Below, one piece after another: positions 1-9,180 of a stretch of DNA of 64,000 nt. Position 1 is the stretch's first letter. Each line of letters starts with the position of its first letter. Below the pieces are notes generated by a model, which worked only from the letters and a program-made list of their open reading frames with translations, had not been told where the DNA came from and did not search any database. Origin of the DNA: an uncultured Gemmatimonadaceae bacterium (GTDB taxonomy: Bacteria > Gemmatimonadota > Gemmatimonadetes > Longimicrobiales > Gaopeijiaceae); NCBI GenBank assembly GCA_964572045.1, contig CAZNEI010000009.1, positions 49 to 64,048 of the forward strand. Direction: 5' to 3'. The translations under genes and the position numbers were made by a program.

Positions 1-382
1 CTAGGCGATGAGGGCAGCGACGGGCGGGCCGGGGCTTCGGGGCGGGCTGGCGCCGCCCACGTCCTCGCGTTTCCGATCGTCGAAACCGCCCCCGTCGCGG
101 GGGCCGCGAGGGTTCGGGACGCGGCGATCCCGATCCTCGACGACGCCCTCAGCCCGTCCGACACCCAGACCGAGGCCCCCGCGACCCGCCGGATCCCGCG
201 ATGGCGGTCCCACCTCCGTTGTCCTCGACCGCGGGCCGGATCGTCGGGCGGAGACCCGGCGCCCCGAGCTCATGGCCGCGGTCGGAACCTGCTCCGGACA
301 CCCCGGAACCGAGTGCCGGGGCCAGAGCTCGAGCCGAGCCTCGTGCGGACCATCGGTGACGGAGGCGTGCTGCGCCCGCTCG

Positions 383-1111
383 CTAGATCCGCCTGAGCAC
401 CCACTCCGGCGTAAACTGGATCAAGTACGCGCTGAGTATCGAGAACGAGCCGGTCGCGAGCAGGAGGCCCAGCATGATGAGCATCACCCCCGAGGCCCTC
501 TCGACAACGGGCACAAGACCGCGGAACCGTGAGAACGTGCGCAGGAAGAGGTCCAGAGTAAGCGCCGAGAGTAGGAAGGGGACCGCTAGACCCATCGAGT
601 ACACGCCGAGCAGCATGACGCCCGACCACACCGTGTCCTGCGTTCCGGCGAGGGTGAGTATGGCCCCGAGAGCCGGCCCGATGCACGGTGTCCATCCTGC
701 GCCGAAGGCCGCGCCGACTCCCAGTGTCCCGACGTATCCCGCGGGCTTGTTGTTCACGCGGAGCCTTCGCTCTCGCATGAGCGGAGCAATCCGGAGTACG
801 CCGGCAAGGTGAAGTCCCAGAACCACGATCAGGACCCCACCGATGCGCGCGATCCACACTTCGTAGTGGCGCAAGAAGAGGCCTAGGAACGAGGCGGAGG
901 CTCCGAGCGAGACGAAGATGGCGCTGAAGCCCGCGACGAAGAGAAGCGAGTGGACGAGCGTCGCCCTGCGGTCCACTCCCCCCTCTAGGTCCTCGAGCGA
1001 CATTCCCGTCACGAACGACAGGTAGCTGGGGACCAGAGGGAGCACGCACGGCGACAGGAACGAGAAGACTCCGGCCATCAACGCTACGACGATTCCAACC
1101 GGCTCGGTCAT
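383..1111 (-). CDS. ccdA: Cytochrome c biogenesis thiol-disulfide transporter, CcdA/DsbD-family membrane protein
   Basis: Inner part of ORF 383..1237. The ATG at 1109-1111 gives MTEPVGIVVALMAGVFSFLSPCVLPLVPSY. Two conserved membrane Cys motifs (SPCVLP and TPCIGP) and about 6 hydrophobic segments. Confidence 0.85.
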   Translation of the reverse strand: MTEPVGIVVALMAGVFSFLSPCVLPLVPSYLSFVTGMSLEDLEGGVDRRATLVHSLLFVAGFSAIFVSLGASASFLGLFLRHYEVWIARIGGVLIVVLGLHLAGVLRIAPLMRERRLRVNNKPAGYVGTLGVGAAFGAGWTPCIGPALGAILTLAGTQDTVWSGVMLLGVYSMGLAVPFLLSALTLDLFLRTFSRFRGLVPVVERASGVMLIMLGLLLATGSFSILSAYLIQFTPEWVLRRI

Positions 1112-1396
1112 CAGCCTATGCCGCCCACCTGCGCTCTGTCCTGCTGTAGATCTAGGCCTTCGCTTCGGCGGACCCGACGAACGGGCGTCCCTTCGCTCGG
1201 ATTCCGGATGCTCGGAGCGGAGAACCGGAGCTCGCACGCCGATGACCGCCCACCACCACCATAACCTAGCCCAGCCCCTCCGAGACCGGAGCAGGGAGGC
1301 CGATGACGACCACCCCCGGCGGGGCGGCCCCGTCGGCCAGCGTCGGAGCCACTCCTTCCGCCATCCACGGCGGATCGCGGCGTCATCGGTGCGGAC

Positions 1397-2341
1397 TCAT
1401 CGGGGCCGTGGGTCGGTCAGACCAGCCTCGGCGTCGAAGCGGTATCCGATGAGCTTGTACACCAGCTTCGCCACCAGGAAGTCCGGTGCATGCATGCCCG
1501 GAGCGGGGGCGAGCTCAACGACGTCGCACGCCACGACCGTTCGTTCAAGGAAGACGCGCCTGAGGAACTGGAGCGTGGGGTACCAAGCGCCTCCTCCGGG
1601 CTCCGGGGTCCCAGTCGACGGCACGAGGGAGGGATCGAAGTAGTCGACGTCGAGGGTCAGGTACACCGGGTCCCCAAGAGCGGCCAGCGCCCGATCCATC
1701 CATCCGTCGTCCTTCCACATCTCGTCGGCCCAGATCAGCGTGATCGAGTCGTGCTGGCGGGCGACTTCGACTTCTTCCCTGCACACCCCCCGCACGCCGA
1801 CCGAAACCAGGTCCGCCACGTCGATGACGCGTGCCATGGCACAGGCGTGGGAATGGGCCGATCCCTCGAATTCGGCCCTGAGGTCGGCGTGGGCGTCGAG
1901 CTGAAGCACGCTGAGACGGCCGAGGCGAGCCGCGTGGGTTCGGATCGCCGGTGCAGAGATCGCGTGCTCGCCGCCGAGCATGATCAGGAACCGGTCCTCG
2001 AGCCCCTCGACCACGCGGGCGTAGGCGCTCGCCAGCTCTGCCATGGCGGCCGGGGCGCCGTCACGGGTCAGCTCGAGGGCCGGGAGGGTGTGGACGCCCG
2101 CTCTCGAGACGTCGCCATCGAGCTCTTGGTCGTAGAGCTCGATGTAGCGGGACGCCTCGATGATGGCGGCGGGCCCCCTGCGCGCCCCTCCGCCGTAGCT
2201 GGTCGTCGTCTCGTAGGGGACGGGCAGGATGACGGCCCTGCATCGGCCGAAGTCGCTCGCTTCCTCATCCAGCCCCAAGAACGAGTGCGGAAGCTCCCAC
2301 GCCAGGTCTGAGAGACCTGGCGGAAGATCCGTGTGGCGGAC
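1397..2341 (-). CDS. Arginase-family ureohydrolase (agmatinase-like)
   Basis: ORF 1397..2599 carries the arginase-family metal-binding motifs GGEHAIS, LDAHADL, LDVDYFDP and VVELAP. The 5' end is uncertain. The long ORF would overlap the upstream Fur gene by 170 nt. Between 2430 and 2300 I found no ATG, GTG or TTG in frame among the candidate Val/Leu codons I checked (only a CTG at 2303-2305). 2341 is an approximate boundary. Confidence 0.75.
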   Translation of the reverse strand, partial: VRHTDLPPGLSDLAWELPHSFLGLDEEASDFGRCRAVILPVPYETTTSYGGGARRGPAAIIEASRYIELYDQELDGDVSRAGVHTLPALELTRDGAPAAMAELASAYARVVEGLEDRFLIMLGGEHAISAPAIRTHAARLGRLSVLQLDAHADLRAEFEGSAHSHACAMARVIDVADLVSVGVRGVCREEVEVARQHDSITLIWADEMWKDDGWMDRALAALGDPVYLTLDVDYFDPSLVPSTGTPEPGGGAWYPTLQFLRRVFLERTVVACDVVELAPAPGMHAPDFLVAKLVYKLIGYRFDAEAGLTDPRPR

Positions 2342-2429
2342 CGAACCGCTCTCGGGTCTGAAGCCACGAACTCGGCTTCGGCGGGATCTGCGATTGGGCA
2401 CGGGAGCGGGGGAAGCGGGCGCAGTGATG

Positions 2430-2930
2430 CTAGAGCGTCTCGACCGGGCAGGCCAGGCCCCCGGGGGAGAGCTCGACTCCGGCGTCCGAACACTCCTTGC
2501 ACAGGCCGTAGATCTCCAGCTTGTGATGGGCGGGCCGAAAGCCGTGACGGGCGGTGACGAGGGCCTCGATTCTGTGCAGGTCCGGGCTCTGAAACTCAAG
2601 GACCTTGCCGCAGTTGAGACAGATCAGGTGCTCGTGGATCGGCTCCCGCGAGAGGCGATGCTCATACCGCTTGAAGCCTTCGCCGAAGTCATGCTCCGCC
2701 ACGAGCCTGCTCTTTACCAGCAGATCGAGAGTCCGGTAGATCGTCGCCTTCCCGATCCTCCGACCGCTCGATCGGAGTACGCGCTCGATGTCGTCGACCG
2801 AGAGGTGGTCGTCCGAGCCAAAGACGACTCGTGCCACGGCGTCGCGCTGATGCGTCACAGGCAGCCCCTCTTCCCTCAAGTATCGCGCGAAGAGCCGGGC
2901 GAACGGCGAAGGGTCGTGGACTGTCTTCAC
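2430..2930 (-). CDS. Fur-family transcriptional regulator
   Basis: 166 aa. Winged-helix region (GKATIYRTLDLLV), metal site HEHLICLNCGKV and C-terminal CKEC (two CxxC pairs). GTG start at 2928-2930 overlaps the TGA of the upstream ORF (GTGA). Confidence 0.9.
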   Translation of the reverse strand: MKTVHDPSPFARLFARYLREEGLPVTHQRDAVARVVFGSDDHLSVDDIERVLRSSGRRIGKATIYRTLDLLVKSRLVAEHDFGEGFKRYEHRLSREPIHEHLICLNCGKVLEFQSPDLHRIEALVTARHGFRPAHHKLEIYGLCKECSDAGVELSPGGLACPVETL

Positions 2931-3346
2931 GTCAGGACGCCCTCCATGAGCGACGGGTCGAACTCGTTCATCAGCGCCTCAAACCGCGCCGGATCGCCTG
3001 CGATCTCGATGGTGCGTGGCTCGCCAAGATCGATCTCGCTCCTCCGTGCTACACCACTCATCACCTGAGGGAGCCGCTCCGGCGGACTCCGGCCCTCCTC
3101 GGCCATCCCCGCCTCCACCGTGAGGCCCATGCCCGTCCTCTGAGCCGAGTACGGCGCTGTGAAGAGCCTCCGGGCACCGTCTTGTGCGAAGCAGCTGGCC
3201 GCCACCAGGCCCCACTCCTTCCGGCCACGAATGAGAGGCGGAAAAACCCACAGGCGGTCGATCTCGCCTTCGCCCAGTCTCCGAGCCACCAGAAGGAGCG
3301 TCCTCGGAATCGCTTCCGGTACTCCGGGACCTCGATCACCCTTCAC
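2927..3346 (-). CDS. Hypothetical protein (139 aa), translationally coupled to the Fur gene
   Basis: Normal, non-low-complexity amino-acid composition. Its stop overlaps the fur start. Lies 80 nt downstream of nrnA on the same strand. GTG start. I recognised no family. Confidence 0.5.
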   Translation of the reverse strand: MKGDRGPGVPEAIPRTLLLVARRLGEGEIDRLWVFPPLIRGRKEWGLVAASCFAQDGARRLFTAPYSAQRTGMGLTVEAGMAEEGRSPPERLPQVMSGVARRSEIDLGEPRTIEIAGDPARFEALMNEFDPSLMEGVLT

Positions 3347-3426
3347 CGCGCGGCTCCCCCGCGTTGTTGGCCCGAACCGACTGCATCCGCCGGGCCAGAG
3401 TCGCTCTCTCCCTCGGCCCCTATATC

Positions 3427-4452
3427 CTATCCCTCAGAGCGCATTCGCTCCACTGCCTCGAGGGTCGTCGCCACGACATCGGCTCGCACCTGATCCAAAG
3501 CCCCTTCGACCAGAGCGCCCGCGGCGCGCACGTGTCCGCCGCCGCCGAGACGGCGAGCAAGCTCGTTCACGTCCACTTGCCCGTTGGAGCGGAACGAGAT
3601 CTTGATACCACCCCTCGCCGTCTTCCGAAAGAGGAGGCCCACCTCCACTCCTTCCACCGATCGCGGATAGTCTACGAGCCCCGCCAGGTCGTCGGCCGTG
3701 GCGCCCAGCTCCTCGTGGACCTCGGGGCGTACGGTCATCCATGCGACCCGGCGGCCGGGATCGACGTGCAGCTCTCCCAGAGCCTCACGAAGCAGACGCA
3801 GCCGTCGAAGTGGGAAGGTCCCGTACACCCGACGATAGGTGTCGTCGGGGCTCACGCCGCGGTCCAACAGCTCAGCCACGATGTGGTGACTCGCCGGAGA
3901 GGAGTTGCTGAAGCGGAAGGATCCGGTGTCGGTCAGAATGGCCACATACAGGGCAAGGTCGGCCTCGGCAGGCCACGGACCACAGCCAGCTCTCAGGATG
4001 TCGAATACGAGCTCCCCGGTCGCGCACGCGCTCGGGTCTCGGAACGAAACCCCGGCGATCGGCTCATCCCCTGGAGGGTGGTGGTCGACAACGATGGTAT
4101 CGAGCCCCTCGATGAGCGACATCACCCGCCCAATGCGCGGCACCTCACCCGCGTCCAGGACGACCGCCACGTCGGCTCGGGCGCGCAACTCGCGCGCGCG
4201 GGAGGCCGACGGATCCACCACCCACGACGCGTCCGGCACGACGAAGCGCAGCCCCTGGGGCACCGGAGTCGGGTTCACGATGTGCGCGGCCGCCCCCTGG
4301 GCGCGCAACCACGCCGCCAGGGCAACCTCGGATCCGATGGCATCGCCGTCGGCGTGGACGTGCGTGGTGAGGATCGCCCCCTTCACGCCGTCGAGTGCCT
4401 CCAGAACCTCCGCGACGGCCGCATGCCTAGCTTCGGGAGTCTGGTAGGCCAT
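3427..4452 (-). CDS. nrnA: DHH/DHHA1 phosphoesterase, bifunctional oligoribonuclease / pAp phosphatase NrnA-like
   Basis: 341 aa. DHH-family motifs HVHADGDAIGS, VVLDAG and IVVDHH, plus DHHA1 motif GGGGHVRAAG. Confidence 0.85.
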   Translation of the reverse strand: MAYQTPEARHAAVAEVLEALDGVKGAILTTHVHADGDAIGSEVALAAWLRAQGAAAHIVNPTPVPQGLRFVVPDASWVVDPSASRARELRARADVAVVLDAGEVPRIGRVMSLIEGLDTIVVDHHPPGDEPIAGVSFRDPSACATGELVFDILRAGCGPWPAEADLALYVAILTDTGSFRFSNSSPASHHIVAELLDRGVSPDDTYRRVYGTFPLRRLRLLREALGELHVDPGRRVAWMTVRPEVHEELGATADDLAGLVDYPRSVEGVEVGLLFRKTARGGIKISFRSNGQVDVNELARRLGGGGHVRAAGALVEGALDQVRADVVATTLEAVERMRSEG

Positions 4453-4461
4453 GATCGAACG

Positions 4462-6423
4462 TCACTCGAAGAACCGCAGTTTCTTGCTCGCTTTCGCCCA
4501 TGTGGAGGCGAGGTGCACCGACCAGGGCGCCGTCACGCCTCGAACTCGTGCCGTCCTGAGCGCCCCGAGAAGGGCCGCCGGATCGTTTGGGTGCTCCTCC
4601 ACCTCCACAAACGCGGCGGCCACCTCACCCACGGTGTGGGCGTCCGAACCGGCTCCCCGTGCCTTGCCCCAACGAGCCGCGAGCTCCTCCGCAGGCTCGT
4701 TGAGCCTGCCCGGATGGAGCCGCGCGTTGAAAACCTCGATCACGTCGGCCAGGGGAGCAAGCTCTTCCGCGTAGCGTCCCCCGCCACCCTTGCCGCGGGC
4801 GTAGGGGTGTGGGAGGTAGACGAGGCCTCCCTGCTCCCTCACCCGCCGGCAAACCTCCCTTGCGGATGTCCCCTTCGGGATCTCCTCCCGAAGATAGAGG
4901 CCGATCACATCGATCCCCTCAGCGGTCTTCACCTCCTCGCCGGCAATCACCGTGGCGGGGAACTCCTGCGCCAGTTCCAGCGCCAAGCCCAGCCGGTTGT
5001 GATCGGTGATGGCGATACGATCAACGCCTTTCGCTCGAGCCGCCGCGATCACGCGTTCGGGGTCCGAGCGGCAGTCGAAGGACGCCCTCGTGTGGTTGTG
5101 CAGATCGATTCTGAGCCGGGCGGGCGAGGGCCTGCCGGCCCCTTCCCCGGCCGCCTTCCGAAGGGTCGCAAGAAGCCGGCCGGCCGACGCCTCGAGCTCC
5201 CGAAGGCTGCCGCTGTTGCGAATGACGTGATCGGCCTTCCCACGCTTGAGGTCCGCATCGATTTGGCTGGCCATGATCGTCCGCGCCTCCAGGGGATCGA
5301 GCCCCCTTCCCTCCGTGAGGCGTGCGAGGCGCACGTCGGCGGGTGCGTCCACGACGACGGTCGCGTCGAAGTCGCCCTCGAGTCCCGCTTCGAAGAGAAG
5401 CGGAACCTCCGCCACGGTCAGCGTCGCCCCCTCGCTGAGCCGCCGTCTCATCCACCGGTCCCGGGCCACCCAGATGCGCGGATGCAGAATCCCTTCGAGG
5501 GCGGCCTTCGCCTCCGCGTCTTCGAAAACCCGCTTTCGTAGCCTCCGTCGGTCCAAGGCTCCGTTCTCGCCCAGCACTTCGTTCCCGAAGGCCTCGACGA
5601 TCGCGGCCAGACCGGGACTCCCGGGCTTCACGACCGCACGGGACAGCTCGTCGGCGCTTGCGACCGGCACACCTTCGTTCGCCCAGTAGTCGGCGACGGT
5701 GGATTTGCCGGCTGCGATGTTGCCGGTCAGGCCGACGGACAGCGCCTCCGGCCGGGCCACCGGCCGGAGGCGGCGCCTCACAAGCATCCACAGCACAACC
5801 GCCGCAACCACCAAGGCCGTCGCCCACCCGATGCCGAACGATTCCACTCCGATCTCCCAACCTCGGGCGGCTCCATACGCGAACCCCAGGCCCACGATCC
5901 CCCAACCCGCGACGCCGAGCACGTCGAATACCAGGAAGCGCCGGTATGAGAGTCGGGCGGATCCGGCAGCGAGCGGCATCAGCGTGCGCGCAAAGGGGAT
6001 CATGCGGGCGAGGCTGATGGCGAGCACGCCGTGTCGCCCGAAGAGAAGCGACGTACGGTCCTGATGCCGGCGAGCCATCCGGCCCACGCGCCCCCTGCTC
6101 CTCAGGAATCTCCGTCGACCGAAGCGCCCGAGCACGAACCCGCAGGAGTCGCCCACGAGAGCACCCCCCAACGCGGCGACCACCACGGCCGAGAAGCTGA
6201 AGTGACCCTCAAGCGCAAAGGCCGTGGCCAGAATGATCGTCGGCTCCGTGGGCAGGACGAGTCCGATGATCAGGGCCGTCTCGAAGAGCGCCATCACGCC
6301 GACGAGAAGGGGACCGTAGGCGGCCACGTTGGCGCCGATCCATTCGATCATGGCAAGGCGCACGCTGGCAGGGGACCGGGGGGTCCGTCGAGCGACCGCC
6401 CCCCCAGTGGTCGATCCGGCCAA
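4462..6423 (-). CDS. coaE: Tri-domain fusion: DedA-family membrane domain, dephospho-CoA kinase (CoaE) and PHP-family phosphoesterase
   Basis: One uninterrupted 653-codon frame. Residues ~25-215 are DedA-like (LFETALIIGLVLPTE, several TM segments). Residues ~229-425 are CoaE (VGLTGNIAAGKST Walker A, PLLFEAGL, VVVDAP). Residues ~437-640 are PHP (IDLHNHT, IAITDHN, LPHP, GSDAHT). Alternative start MIEWIG at 6351. Confidence 0.8.
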   Translation of the reverse strand: MAGSTTGGAVARRTPRSPASVRLAMIEWIGANVAAYGPLLVGVMALFETALIIGLVLPTEPTIILATAFALEGHFSFSAVVVAALGGALVGDSCGFVLGRFGRRRFLRSRGRVGRMARRHQDRTSLLFGRHGVLAISLARMIPFARTLMPLAAGSARLSYRRFLVFDVLGVAGWGIVGLGFAYGAARGWEIGVESFGIGWATALVVAAVVLWMLVRRRLRPVARPEALSVGLTGNIAAGKSTVADYWANEGVPVASADELSRAVVKPGSPGLAAIVEAFGNEVLGENGALDRRRLRKRVFEDAEAKAALEGILHPRIWVARDRWMRRRLSEGATLTVAEVPLLFEAGLEGDFDATVVVDAPADVRLARLTEGRGLDPLEARTIMASQIDADLKRGKADHVIRNSGSLRELEASAGRLLATLRKAAGEGAGRPSPARLRIDLHNHTRASFDCRSDPERVIAAARAKGVDRIAITDHNRLGLALELAQEFPATVIAGEEVKTAEGIDVIGLYLREEIPKGTSAREVCRRVREQGGLVYLPHPYARGKGGGGRYAEELAPLADVIEVFNARLHPGRLNEPAEELAARWGKARGAGSDAHTVGEVAAAFVEVEEHPNDPAALLGALRTARVRGVTAPWSVHLASTWAKASKKLRFFE

Positions 6424-6534
6424 CGTCGAGCGAGCGAGCGCGGACTCGCGTCGGCGCCTCCTCGCCGAAGATCGGCCACCGGCGGTGGGGAACCTGGCAG
6501 GTGGATCCGGGGCCCCCGACGATCGCGAGGTGGG

Positions 6535-6918
6535 TCACTCCCCCGGCTTCGCTCTGATGCGTTTCCGCATCTCCTCTCCCCAGCGGACATATCGCTCGAT
6601 CTCGTCCGGCGGAATCCTGGCGTCCGCATCTCCGTATGCCGTCTCCATGCGCCATCTCAAGTAGACCCGCGGCGGAACGGGGAGAAAGGGAGGCCGTAGG
6701 TACCATCGCTTCGACCGAAACGCCCAAGCGGTGCGCAGGAGTCCCGGCACGAGCCACGGCCGCTTCATGGCTGCCATTGCCAGGCTGAAATACGCCGGTC
6801 CCGTGCGGATGCTCACCGTGGCGTGTCCGCGGAAGAGGGTTCCGGAAACACCTGATTCCAGGAAGTGCGCCAGCGACCCCAGAAAAGTAAGACGATCATC
6901 GTGACGGACAAGTTCCAC
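6535..6918 (-). CDS. Hypothetical small protein
   Basis: 127-codon ORF with a GTG start. Internal ATGs at 6777 and 6768 would give about 80 aa. Hand-checked third-position GC of the 3' half is about 70 %, consistent with coding. Divergent from the 6999 gene. No family recognised. Confidence 0.4.
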   Translation of the reverse strand: MELVRHDDRLTFLGSLAHFLESGVSGTLFRGHATVSIRTGPAYFSLAMAAMKRPWLVPGLLRTAWAFRSKRWYLRPPFLPVPPRVYLRWRMETAYGDADARIPPDEIERYVRWGEEMRKRIRAKPGE

Positions 6919-6998
6919 GGGGACCGCGGGGGGGCGGCGAACGCATCGGCGTAGGTGGCTGGATCGCCCGGGGTCCGCTAAGGTGCTGGATCACTCAG

Positions 6999-9098
6999 GT
7001 GCCGGAGTCGTCCGTGACCAATCGTCTGGCTCAAGAAAGCAGCCCATATCTCCTCCAGCACGCCGACAATCCGGTGGACTGGTACCCCTGGGGAAGCGAG
7101 GCCTTCGCCCGGGCGAAGGCTCGCGACGTGCCTGTTCTCCTCTCCATCGGATACTCGGCATGCCACTGGTGTCACGTCATGGAGAAGGAGTCGTTCGCGG
7201 ATCGGACGACGGCCCGGCTCATGAATGCGGGCTTCGTCAACATCAAGGTGGACCGGGAGGAGCGGCCCGATGTCGATTCGGTGTACATGCGAGCCGTTCA
7301 GGCGATGTCGGGACAGGGAGGCTGGCCGCTTACGGCCTTCCTGACGCCCGAGGGTGAGCCCTTCTACGGCGGTACGTACTTTCCGCCGGAGCCACGACAC
7401 GGGATGCCCTCCTTCCGTCAGGTCCTCGGCGCCATCGAGAACGCCTACCGGGAGAGACGGGACGAGGTACGGAAGAACGCGAGAGAGCTGCGGACGATCC
7501 TCGAGCGCTCCAGCTTCGAGGCGGGAGAAGGACCGGTGAGCGGGGACGGAGACCGACTCGCCGGAAGGGATCTTCTTGATCATGCGCACCGCTTCATGGC
7601 GTCCCGTTTCGATCCCACCCACGGAGGATTCGGGGGGGCGCCGAAGTTCCCCCAGCCCGTGACGCTGGAGTTCGTCCTGAGGGTCCATGCCCGCACCGGC
7701 GACGACCAGGCGCTCGGCATCGTCGCGCATACGCTCCGGAAGATGGCGCGAGGCGGCCTCTACGATCATCTGGCCGGCGGGTTTCACCGCTATTCGGTCG
7801 ACGCCCGCTGGCTCGTGCCCCACTTCGAGAAGATGCTCTACGATAACGCCCTCCTGGCACGGGTCTACCTGAACGCCTTTCAGGTCACCGGAGACTCGGA
7901 ACTGGGCGCGGTGGCGGAGGGAACGCTCGGCCACATGCTACGTGACCTGCGCGCTCCGGACGGGGGGTTCTACTCCGCGTTCGACGCGGATTCGGAGGGC
8001 GAGGAGGGGGTCTTCTATCTGTGGACGCCCGCCCAGATCCGGAACGTGCTCGACGACGAGCTCGCCGCGCTCTTCGAGCGCTGCTACGACGTGAGTGAGG
8101 CAGGGAACTTCGAGGGCCGAAATATCCTGCACCTGCCTCACGACCTCGGGGCGGTGGCTCGGAGCGAAGGCGTGGAGCCGGGCGAACTCGCCTCGCTCCT
8201 GCGAGAGGCGGGAGGAAGGCTGCTCGAAGCCCGGAACCTCAGGGAGCCCCCCCTGCGCGACGAGAAAATCCTCGCGAGCTGGAACGGCATGGCGCTTCGC
8301 GCCCTGGCCGAGGCCGGCGGAGCCCTCGGCCGCGAAGACTACGTCGAGGCCGCCGCCGAGGGGCTCGAGTTCGTGCTCTCGGAGATGCGCACCGAAGGGC
8401 GGCTGCGCCGATCCTACAAGGACGGGCAGGCACGCATCGACGCCTTCCTCGAGGACTATGGAGCGATCGGCAACGCTCTCGCGACCCTGTACGAGGTCAG
8501 CCTCGATCCGCGCTGGATCGACGAGATCCGTTGGATCGCGGACCGCATCCTCGAGCAGTTCTGGGACGAGGAGCGCGGGGTGTTCTACGACGCGCCGTCC
8601 GATGGCGAAGAGCTGGTGGTCAGACCCCGCGACATCATGGACAACGCGACCCCGTCGGGAAACTCCCTCGCCGTCGAACTCCTCCTCAGGTCGGCTCACT
8701 TCTTCGGCGACGGCCGGCATCGAGAGGTCGCCGAGCGGATTCTCGACCGCGAGTCCGGATCGTTGGCGCGGTTCCCGGCGGCTTTCGGTCGTCTTCTCTC
8801 GGCGCTGGACCGCGCCGTGGCTCCTCCCGTCGAGATCGCGATCATCGGCGAGCGGCACGACCCGGGCACGAGCGCCCTGCTCGGAGCCGCCCTCGCGACC
8901 TATCTTCCCAACCGGACCTTGGCCAACGCGGCCCCGGGCGAGATCCTCGACCACACCGTCCCACTTCTCGAGGGTCGCGGGATGCGGGACGGGAAGCCCA
9001 CGGCCTACGTGTGCGAGAATTACGCCTGTCGGGCACCCGTCGCCGAGCCGGACGCCCTGGCCGGGCAACTCATGGCGCGTACTGCACGGAGGTCGTAG
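6999..9098 (+). CDS. Thioredoxin-domain protein (DUF255 / YyaL-like, with alpha/alpha-toroid C-terminal domain)
   Basis: 699 aa. N-terminus [25 protein letters not shown] and [17 protein letters not shown] are typical of this family. GTG start. Confidence 0.9.
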   Translation: MPESSVTNRLAQESSPYLLQHADNPVDWYPWGSEAFARAKARDVPVLLSIGYSACHWCHVMEKESFADRTTARLMNAGFVNIKVDREERPDVDSVYMRAVQAMSGQGGWPLTAFLTPEGEPFYGGTYFPPEPRHGMPSFRQVLGAIENAYRERRDEVRKNARELRTILERSSFEAGEGPVSGDGDRLAGRDLLDHAHRFMASRFDPTHGGFGGAPKFPQPVTLEFVLRVHARTGDDQALGIVAHTLRKMARGGLYDHLAGGFHRYSVDARWLVPHFEKMLYDNALLARVYLNAFQVTGDSELGAVAEGTLGHMLRDLRAPDGGFYSAFDADSEGEEGVFYLWTPAQIRNVLDDELAALFERCYDVSEAGNFEGRNILHLPHDLGAVARSEGVEPGELASLLREAGGRLLEARNLREPPLRDEKILASWNGMALRALAEAGGALGREDYVEAAAEGLEFVLSEMRTEGRLRRSYKDGQARIDAFLEDYGAIGNALATLYEVSLDPRWIDEIRWIADRILEQFWDEERGVFYDAPSDGEELVVRPRDIMDNATPSGNSLAVELLLRSAHFFGDGRHREVAERILDRESGSLARFPAAFGRLLSALDRAVAPPVEIAIIGERHDPGTSALLGAALATYLPNRTLANAAPGEILDHTVPLLEGRGMRDGKPTAYVCENYACRAPVAEPDALAGQLMARTARRS

Positions 9099-9180
9099 CG
9101 TGGCGGGGGCTCGCTCCACCCTCTTCGGGCGATTGGCTATGTTGGGGGCGGTGCGACGGTAACTGGATATCGGGACATCG

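Noticed and set aside
1-273. 90-aa minus-strand ORF downstream of ccdA with high third-position GC
   Set aside because: Second-position GC is also very high (about 80 % by hand count). The product is an R/G/P-rich low-complexity string, which is typical of spurious frames in high-GC DNA. No family signal.
3364-5541. 725-aa plus-strand ORF, plus many other long ORFs in the track (7938..9218, 9070..10224, 12468..13664, 13755..14945, 14920..15945, 19154..20458, 19905..21359, 24472..25923, 26466..28232, 30384..32165, 32352..33806, 32719..34287, 33963..35003, 35593..37209, 37754..38995, 39236..40201, 42486..43388, 43861..45369, 46077..47039, 52475..53563, 61004..61741, 62078..62689)
   Set aside because: All are antisense or alternative frames of genes with clear family signatures. 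Their products are Arg/Pro/Gly/Ala-rich with no motifs. This is the expected artefact of stop-codon scarcity at ~68 % GC.
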